The position numbers were made by a program, and so were the translations under genes. A DNA stretch of 64,000 bases, taken from Schizosaccharomyces osmophilus (Eukaryota). This document shows positions 55,502 through 64,000 of this stretch, piece by piece. Where the stretch lies: the NCBI RefSeq assembly GCF_027921745.1, contig NC_079238.1, positions 4,464,001-4,528,000 of the forward strand, given 5' to 3'. Numbering within the stretch: the first letter of the stretch is position 1; the number at the start of each line of letters is the position of its first letter. A model generated the notes under the pieces. The model saw nothing but the letters and a program-made list of their open reading frames with translations. It was not told the DNA's origin and ran no database searches.

Positions 55502-57028
55502 TGAGAACGATATTATAGATGTAAGAGGATGGACAGTCTTCCCCTTATCCTGCGATCTAAAACTACAATAAATAATCCAAACGGATTAAAGTAAGAAATA
55601 AAAGTAAAAAATTCTGGCAAAGACCAGATATAAACCGGGCTCAATTCCCAGAGATATAAAATATAATCAAGGAAAGAAAAAAGCGATTAACGAAAAGCGA
55701 AAATCATAGAAAAGTATAAGAAACAACACAAGTCAGAAAGTTGCCTTATAATTGAGCCCAAAAAATTGTCAATTCTTGTAAATTCGAAGTCAAGAGAACA
55801 GAGCGTTTTTAAGAGGAAAATACCACGTAATAAATTTTGAAAATTGCAACTCCTATTCAATAAAAAGCATATAAGCTGCTGTTTTGGTTTCCCGTTGAGG
55901 CAAATTGAAGCTGAAAGACAGAATTCGACGTAAAGAAATGACTTTTCACAGAAATTTTTTCAAAAAGTAAATCAAAAAACTTCTATTTTTAAACAAAGTA
56001 ATAAACACGAAATTATATGGGAATTTTACCGATTTTTACTAAGAAGCCCAAGTATAGCGTGAAACCCGAAGGTCATCTCACGAGGTCTGCAAGAAACTCA
56101 TAGTAGGATGAATTCATCCAAGACTTGCTTAGCCAGGGGAATTCATTGAAACAGACTTAAAAGAAAGAAAGAAAAAAATATAAAATATAAAGATGGTTTT
56201 CACGTATTCTGATTTTCTTAATGTTGGTTTCCTTGCATTAGTAGCGAAGCTGTTCTGGAAGTACTGAAAGCTGACTACTTCGCACGTAAATGAACTTGAA
56301 AAATTATAAGGGAATGAATTGGCATAAAACTCATTCCTAGAAATTATAATGGTTGCACACTGTCAGTTTACAAAGTCGCTGATTCATGAGCCAATATTTA
56401 CAAAGCTATGTAAAAATAACTTTAGATTGCAGATGTAATTCTTTCAGCAGTACGAAAGACTTTAAATTCAATTTTGGAACGTCTGAGCGAGTGATGTTCT
56501 ATTTGGACTCCCACAAAGCTATTCGGGCTAAAACAATTAACTAAAGGAAAAAGACGACAATTTCCCATTTACTAATTGTTTCAATGGCAGAAAACCTAGG
56601 TTTTTCACTACTTAACTGCATTTTTACACAAAGCTTTTTGTGCGACAATTTTTTATTTACTAACGTGGAAGTGGAAGACGTACTAGAAATCAGTATATTA
56701 AAATACTGCACTATGTAGTCCGAAGTCACCACCAGCCTTCACGTCACCTCAGCGATCAAAACAAACTGCGCTGTTCTTTTTCACGTAGACAACGATTAAT
56801 TTGTTTGAAACGGGTTGCTTCAAAATTGCTTAGATTCAGATTGCTTTATTAGCTTTTCAACCATTTATTTTGCTTTGAATTTATTCATAATATTTTTTTG
56901 GCTCTGAGAACCGTGAATTGCCGCAGCAGCGCAGATATAGAAGCGATTCACAAAATTCCATAAATTACAGCTTGTCAAGGGTACTAGTTTTGTGAAAAGG
57001 TCAAAAATTTTTCTTGAGATAGTTAGAG

Positions 57029-58807
57029 ATGAATATTTTGCCTAAACACAATGTTGCTTCTTACTTTGAAATTCGTGTAGCAGCGGATCGTGATATTGTA
57101 GTGATCCAAGGATCACCGGAGTCTGCGGAACTTACTCAACTATCAGGAGTTGTGGTTCTTTGCTTAACAGAAAGCATCTCTGTTCGAGCGATCTCTTTGA
57201 GATTGACTGGCAGATGTCGTGTCTCATGGTCGGAACCCTCATACAATAGTCGCACTGGGATACGGCATAACAAGCAGGACTCAGTAGTTTATGAAAAAAT
57301 TTGGAACTTCCTTCCATACTCTGGTGGATCAAAAACCCTTCGTGCGGGTAACTATGAGTACCCCTTCCGTATTATGCTACCGGGTAATATTCCTGAATCT
57401 GTAGAAGGGTTGCAAAGCTGCTATGTAATATACCGTTTAAAAGCGACCATTGATAGAACTGGTCTTAATAGCAGAATGATCAAAAAGAAGCATATTCGTC
57501 TAATTCGCACTTTACCTCCAGACGCCGTTGAATATACACAAACTGTGAGTGTCGATAATACATGGCCTAACAAAGTCGAATATACAATCAGTATTCCCAC
57601 AAAAGCATATGCCATTGGATCATATATCCCCACCCATTTTGTTCTTGTACCGTTACTAAAGCGCCTCTCCATTGGAAAAGTTACTATTACTTTAAAGGAA
57701 TACATTACGTTGCACGTTGCCCATGGCCATAACGGTCTTCCAGCTTCAAAAGATGAGGTTCGTACGGTACGTTCTTTGCAAACCGATGAAATTGAGGAAT
57801 TTTCAGACCATTATGAACTTTCCAAACACTTGGAGCTTCCTACTTCTTTAGTCGACTGCTTGCAGGATTGTGATCTCGAAGGCATAAAAATTCGTCATAA
57901 ACTAAAATTTAACGTCTCCTTACGAAACCCAGATGGTCATGTTTCAGAATTAAGAGCTGCCTTGCCTGTTGTATTGTTGATTCCCCCTCAATTATTTGGA
58001 GATGCTGCGGATCTGGAATCTCTTCGTGAAAACTTTGATTCGTTAAATCAACCGTTGCCCAGTTACAAAGATAGTATGTACGATCAACTCTACGATGGAC
58101 TGAATTATTCGAATGTTGAAACACCTCTTCCTAGCGGTGCTACTACTCCTAGAAGACGTGACTCTACCGAGCCTAACCAGTCTGCTGAAAGCCATCGTAG
58201 GCAATTGTTTGCTGGCCTCACAGCTTTGGCTCAGCAACAACAACCTGGTGATCGGCGTGCAAGTGAACATTCGCCTTCTCGGTTTGATGAAGATTATCCT
58301 TCTTTTAGTTTTGGATCCAATCCATCGAGTGGTGCCACTTCTGGGGCTATTACTAGGAACCCGTCCGAAACAAGTTTAGCAGAATTGAGCCGTGTTCCTT
58401 CTTATACTGAAGCTACGCGCTCATCTATCAATGCATTGGAGTCTCCATTACAACCATCTTTACCTGGGTATGAGGATGTTACTCGAACGGAGCATCTTTC
58501 CCGTCCTACTTCTCCTGGTACCTTAACGCCTCCTCAACGTCAATCATCCATGTTTTTTACTTCACCAGATGCTGGTACCCAACGTCGCTCCTTAGATGCT
58601 CGTCGCCCATCAGACCTAAACCCCGCGTCACTACCAACTTCGCATAGTAGCGGATCACTTGCACATATGGGGCAGCCTCCAAACGCAAATAGCTCAAATG
58701 CTGGTCCCCATCGACCACCCAATGCTCGCATCGGCACTCACAGGAACGCCCTAGAAGCATTGCGACGTGCTCGCATGCTTCCGTCAAGTTTTACGAGAAG
58801 AAGTTAA
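57029..58807 (+). CDS. rod1: Arrestin-related trafficking adaptor (Rod1/CreD-like)
   Basis: AGNYEYPF, PESVEGL, WPNKVEY, HKLKFNVSLRNPDGHVSELRA; PY-like motifs LPSY, VPSY and LPGY. Confidence 0.9.
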   Translation: MNILPKHNVASYFEIRVAADRDIVVIQGSPESAELTQLSGVVVLCLTESISVRAISLRLTGRCRVSWSEPSYNSRTGIRHNKQDSVVYEKIWNFLPYSGGSKTLRAGNYEYPFRIMLPGNIPESVEGLQSCYVIYRLKATIDRTGLNSRMIKKKHIRLIRTLPPDAVEYTQTVSVDNTWPNKVEYTISIPTKAYAIGSYIPTHFVLVPLLKRLSIGKVTITLKEYITLHVAHGHNGLPASKDEVRTVRSLQTDEIEEFSDHYELSKHLELPTSLVDCLQDCDLEGIKIRHKLKFNVSLRNPDGHVSELRAALPVVLLIPPQLFGDAADLESLRENFDSLNQPLPSYKDSMYDQLYDGLNYSNVETPLPSGATTPRRRDSTEPNQSAESHRRQLFAGLTALAQQQQPGDRRASEHSPSRFDEDYPSFSFGSNPSSGATSGAITRNPSETSLAELSRVPSYTEATRSSINALESPLQPSLPGYEDVTRTEHLSRPTSPGTLTPPQRQSSMFFTSPDAGTQRRSLDARRPSDLNPASLPTSHSSGSLAHMGQPPNANSSNAGPHRPPNARIGTHRNALEALRRARMLPSSFTRRS

Positions 58808-59488
58808 ATGTCGTTCAGTGTTCCTGAGGTTCTACAATCTTAACTCTGTTTGTTGGTGAACATTATTTAATTTGTTTCCAGAAAAAGAAAGAAAATTGTC
58901 CTGTATGTTTTTGTTCCCAACGGTTTCATCGCTCGTTTTGAAAATTATTTATTTGTGATGTTATGTTAACTATGATGTTGTTACGGTGATCGTTATCACT
59001 ATTATGGCTTTCCTTGAGAAAGTACAAACAAAACTCGAACAGATTTTGAACTTAAACTACTCTTTATTAAGTTTGTTTCTGGTAAACGAAATGTTAGAGA
59101 CGATTAAGTCCAATCTAGTATGCTATAAAGGTTTTGATTTAAATTATTACAATGCAAATCACTCAATAAAATAAATTTGTACTGAAAGACACTGTGATCA
59201 TGGAAGAGATCATGGAAGAAAGAGGAACAAGCTATTCACAAAACCATGACATACAGCCTTTATAGTTGCTGCAAAAGTAAAAAGAACAAGGAATACGAAA
59301 AATGATGAACGTTAACATAACAAAATCATGAAAAATGAAATTCAAAGTAGCAACCAGATTTACGTTACGCTTTTTGATTTAGAGATCCATTTCAGGAAGA
59401 ATACAGGTTGTTCATATTATAGCAAACAGGCATGCAGAAACAAGAGTAAACGTAAAAGAGACATTATCGTTAAAGCATCATTTTCCTT

Positions 59489-59818
59489 TCAAAGGAGGTA
59501 TTTGCAAAAATAGTAAAAGATTAACACACTCCCGACAATTGCTAAAACAGACGTAAGAATACTTCTTCTACCAGCATTACGAACGACTCGAAAAAATCCA
59601 GTGGTAGTCCTTTTTACAGAATCCGTTAGGCTAGAAAACCCTTCATTCTAAAATATGCATGGTTAGTTTTCTAATAAAACAACAAATGGCGCCTTGCTTA
59701 CGGCACGGTCTATATGGCTATGATCGCTAGCTCGTGCATATATATCGTAGGTGACATTTTTTAGCGATGAAATTTGCCCAGAAAGTGTCTCTAATCTCCG
59801 TTCGTTTGAGTCATTCAT
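59489..59818 (-). CDS. sft1: Golgi Qc-SNARE Sft1 (91 aa; intron 59701-59648); missed by the ORF track
   Basis: Spliced MNDSNERRLETLSGQISSLKNVTYDIY...|NEGFSSLTDSVKRTT...VLAIVGSVLIFYYF C-terminal transmembrane segment; GTAAGC/CTAAC/TAG intron; synteny. Confidence 0.88.
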
Positions 59819-60499
59819 GTTGAATTAGCCTCCAAAACCAAGAATAAAAACAAAACAAAACAAAACGAAAATAAATTAAAGTGAATGCAATAGTGGTGGA
59901 ATCAAATAAAGATCGTGCTAAAATTCGTTATGTAAATAAAACACAGAACACATCTTTATTTACTTAATGATCATGAACGTTGTGTTATTATGTTTAATGA
60001 ATTACGAAATACCTCTGTATTCCGAAAAGACTAGAGACGCACGCAATACCAAGGAAGCAAGCTACATGAAGTATTTACTTGTCGAATGCTAATATCAGCG
60101 TTATTGTAAAGCCTAATGAACGCTTTTCTGAAGAGGCTATATGACTGAAAATACATTTTAAGGAAAAAATATACTGTTGCATTCAAATTGCCCGAACGAA
60201 ATCGAATCGAACTGAATACAAAACAATTTCTATTGAAGAAGAAAGACTACGCGCACTAAGATTTTTATAAGTCTATTTCAATAATTCTACTTAATTCATT
60301 TGTCTCTGGCATACTAATTTTTACATATTTTGGATTTAAGCAGCCATATTTCAATTCGTAATTTAGGAAACTGCTGAGCGAGGCTTTGAGATTACAGGAG
60401 TTACTACTTGAATTTTTTTTTGGCATTTTGTCTTTTATTTTAAAAAAACTATTCTAGTAATTTTCTAAAGTTTCGACATTTATGTCCATAACTTAACAC

Positions 60500-63402
60500 A
60501 TGACTTCTCGAAAGCGTTACAAAGTATCTTATGTTTTGGATTCAGAAGAAGACAAATTAGGCCACCGCTTAAATGTCAATTGCCTTGCACTTGGGCGCTG
60601 CTTTTCAAATAAGGGTTCTGCGCCCGTCAGCAGCGCCCTTTACAGTGGTGGCCGGGATGGGCAATTGTTTCGTTGGGACGTTGGCCTAGATTATACCAAG
60701 AGGCCAGTGCCTTTGTCCTCAGTCCAAGCCCACTCTTCGTGGATCAATGACATCGCTGTTACATCGAATTCTCAAGGTGGTAAGTATAATTTAAAAAATC
60801 TCAGAGGTGATGTTAATTCAGTGGTTTAGTCATATCTTGCTCATCTGATTTAACAGTAAAGCTTTGGAAGCCTCATGAATCTGGCCCTTCATCTTTGTCC
60901 ACGATTGGTGAACACAACGATTATGTGAAACGTCTTAGTCTACCCAAGGATTGTAGAAGCCCATGGGTGGTTTCTGGTGGTCTCGACAGTCGCGTAATTG
61001 TTTGGGACTACAATGTTTGTCAAGAAGCAATGCGTTTCGAGCAGCCTCCCAATTGTTCTATCACTGTTGGTCCTCGGAGTGGTGTGTACTCGTTGGCTGC
61101 AAACAATAACATTATTGCTAACGGGGGCATTCAAAAGGATATACAGCTTTGGGATTGTGTCTCTAAAAAGAGAATAACTGATTTGGTCGGTCATACGGAT
61201 ACTGTTCGAGATATTTTAATAAGTGAAGATGGAAGAACTATTCTTACGGCCTCCTCCGATGCTACTATTAAACTTTGGTCTTTGAGAGCTCAAAAGTGTT
61301 TATTTTCGTTTTTGGCACATTCTGAGAGTGTTTGGTCTTTGTATTCTGAGCATCCCGACCTTAAGGTATTCTACGCCGGTGACCGCTCAGGACTGATCAC
61401 TCGCACTGACATTCGAGACACTCGTAATGATCAAAGTTGTTCTGCCTTATGCAAACAAGATTCTCCTGTCTCTGATTTAATTGCTCGTCAGTCTTTCATA
61501 TGGAGTACAGCCTCGGACAGTTCCATTCATCAATGGAAAGATGAATGTTCTTTATATGATAGTTCAGCTCCTTTGGCAAAAAGTTCGACATCCCTCCTCT
61601 CTCCTTTAGTGCAAACCAATTCAAGAAATTCTGTCGAAACAAGATCTGGTGAGTGTCCAACTCTTTACCACGATGACGCAGAGGATATCTATTACGATTT
61701 GCAATTTGCAGAAACCCATACTTCTTTATATGTTAATCGAAAACCCGAATATACAATTAGGGGTGGGCTTGGAATAGAGAAATGTCGATTGTTAAGTGAC
61801 CGGCGACGGGTCCTTACAGAGGATTCGGTCGGGAAAATCTGCTTATGGGATATTATCAGCTGTAAAAAAATTGAGAATATGGATACTAATGAAAATTTTG
61901 ATAAAGTTGCTCAGTCTCTAGATACCATAGAGACATTACCCAGATGGGCTTCGGTAAACTGCCTCTTGGGAATTCTTGCCGTAACGCTTGATGAAAATCA
62001 TTACATGGATACAGAAGTTTACGCAGATGAGTGTTTGCAGATGAAGTCAGTTGAGGTTACTGATAAACGTGTTAACTTGGGCGTTTGGGTAATAAAGAAT
62101 CTATTTTTTCCTTTTATCGACGTTGAGCTTCAGCGAGACGCTAGATTCAGAAAAAATGTTGAGATGATAAGAGCGAATGTGCAAAAGCAATCAGAAACGG
62201 TGGAGAGGGACAAAAATAGAAACTCTCTTACAATGCCTGTTGCACTTTCACCCTTGAAATTGCGACCTAGACCGTCTACTATGTTCTTTCCAAATGAACC
62301 AGTAACTCCAGCTAGTCCTCAGTTTTCCCCTACCTCCTTTCCTATGGATCAGTTTAGTGATAACCAGCCTCAGTCCCCTTTTCACCCTTCTTCACATAAT
62401 CCGATATATACATCCGCTGAGACAGAAAATTTGATGAATGCTCCTGATTACTTCTCAATACCTACGAGCAAACCACAAGCTGAGTCTGCAATCGTAAAAA
62501 CGAAGGAAATAGGCTCGCCCAGGCATGAGGGATCTTTTATGGGACGTTTAAAAAAATTTGGCAGATCAAGGTCTTCTAGGAATCTTTCTTTAGGGACGCC
62601 TAAATCGCCAGCTGAGCGTTTACCATTCAACAAATCCATAAGCCTAAATCCAACTCTTAATCCGGCCGCACCTCAAGTAAATTCAGAAACAAGAAATGCG
62701 GACAATGCACCTAGTTCAAGCTCCTCTTTTTTTAACGGAAATCCGGCACCAGCTCCCACTCAAACACAGAAACCTATGAGAACAGTCAGCGATTTAATCG
62801 AAAGCTTACATGAGCAGTATGTTAATAAGAAGCCAGATGAGAGTATAAATACATCCTTAAAGCAGCCTTTCACTGATTTTACTCCACAATTGGATTTGTC
62901 AAAACAGATAACGGTTATCATCAGTGAAGAATCCCGTGAGGCAGGGAGTTCAAAAGATATTTTTTGCTCTACCATAGGTAATATGGAGAATGATGCTGAT
63001 GTATTGGAGAAAGTAATGCCTTATTGGTTAGGAAAGCTCCTTTTAATGAACGATGTTCCTTCGAAGAACAGTCCGACGATTGGCTTTTCGATCCAGCCGA
63101 ATCCAAACTCAAAGCTACCTTCAATAGTAAATGAAACGACTCGTTTGAGTGCGAATTCCATGCTTCGTGTCCAAAAGATATTGGATTATACACAAAGCAA
63201 AATCAGTCAACTTGTTCCGAACATGAATGGTCAGTTAGAGATTCGCTGTAAAGACATTGTTGTTACTCCTAAAATGACCATAGCTACCGTCAAGACGAGA
63301 ATTTGGCGTTCGGGAGATGATGTTCTCTTTCAGTACAATATAAATCCGGATACGGTCGATGAAGTTGTTGAAGGAACCCAAAAGTTGGACATTACAGGCT
63401 AA
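60500..63402 (+). CDS. bun107: WDR48/UAF1-like deubiquitinase cofactor (intron 60780-60829)
   Basis: KVSYVL, GHRLNVNCL, LYSGGRDG, H.DYVKRL, LVGHTDTVR, TRLSANSMLRVQKI, MTIATVKTRIWRSGDDV. Confidence 0.92.
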
Positions 63403-63514
63403 TATTCCATTACGACGAATTGTGTTACTAAATTTTTATTATGTTATAATGTTTTGAATTCATTTGTTTTATTATGCTATTTAGCATTGCTGAGGCAATG
63501 AAATGCTAATTAAA

Positions 63515-64000
63515 TTACCAAGTACTTCTACTATTTATATACACACCGTTTTTCGTAACTTGCTTTCTGCCATATTTTAAAAGTAGAGCTTCTACTTTGC
63601 TTTTGTCTACCGCTAAAGTTTCAACAAACGGCCATATTTCGTCATATAGCCATTTGGATTTGGCTTGAAATAAAACTTGAAAACAGCGAGTAGGGTCCCG
63701 AGGTAGCTGAGAGGAAGAAAAATACTGTATCATGTCGGCGCCTGTATAAAAATAGAATCCCTAAATCGTTAGCTGTAGGAAAACAAAGTGCTAATACCTT
63801 TAGGATATCTAGTGACACAAGATCCTTGCAATTCTCAGGAAGCTTTTCTCTCCATTTTAATAGAAACCGAGAAATCTCTATGGTGATGACATCTTCCAAT
63901 AAAAAACGACCAATCCAAAAGCAAACCAGACTTTTGTTAATGACGACTGTGTCCACTGGGCTCAAGAAAGGAGTTCTTGAGATACTCCACAAAACTGAGA
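63515..64000 (-). CDS. dcc1: Ctf18-RFC subunit Dcc1, 3' part (intron ~63798-63742); 5'-truncated by window edge
   Basis: FLLKWREKLP, SQLPRDP..CFQVLFQAKSKW...EIWPFV, LLLKYGR; synteny. Confidence 0.85.

Noticed and set aside
1..64000. CRISPR arrays, prokaryotic defence systems, intact transposons
   Set aside because: Eukaryotic intron-containing DNA with no repeat-spacer array and no reverse transcriptase, integrase or transposase ORF.

Overview
Gene-dense fission-yeast (Schizosaccharomyces) chromosomal DNA. From recall, the proteins are clearly diverged from S. pombe, so an S. octosporus/cryophilus/osmophilus-type species is likely; the species cannot be fixed from the sequence alone. The window holds 28 housekeeping protein genes, many with short GT-AG introns, and one tRNA-Phe. 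Gene order follows my recollection of S. pombe chr I: SPAC343 (vma1 to lsb6), then SPAC824 (bst1, rrg7-like, then gda1-glo2-pam18-vps16-swd22 inverted), then a jump to SPAC31A2 (yrb30, cuf1, rod1, sft1, bun107, dcc1). The ORF track misses the most notable element: a degenerate 5-exon wtf (killer meiotic driver) pseudogene at about 50167-51149, sitting at the synteny breakpoint. It keeps an antidote-type exon 1 with a PPPY motif, an in-frame intron-1 ATG and an SEV* C-terminus, but carries frameshifts and nonsense codons. Gene names come from recognising the protein sequences; no database search was run.
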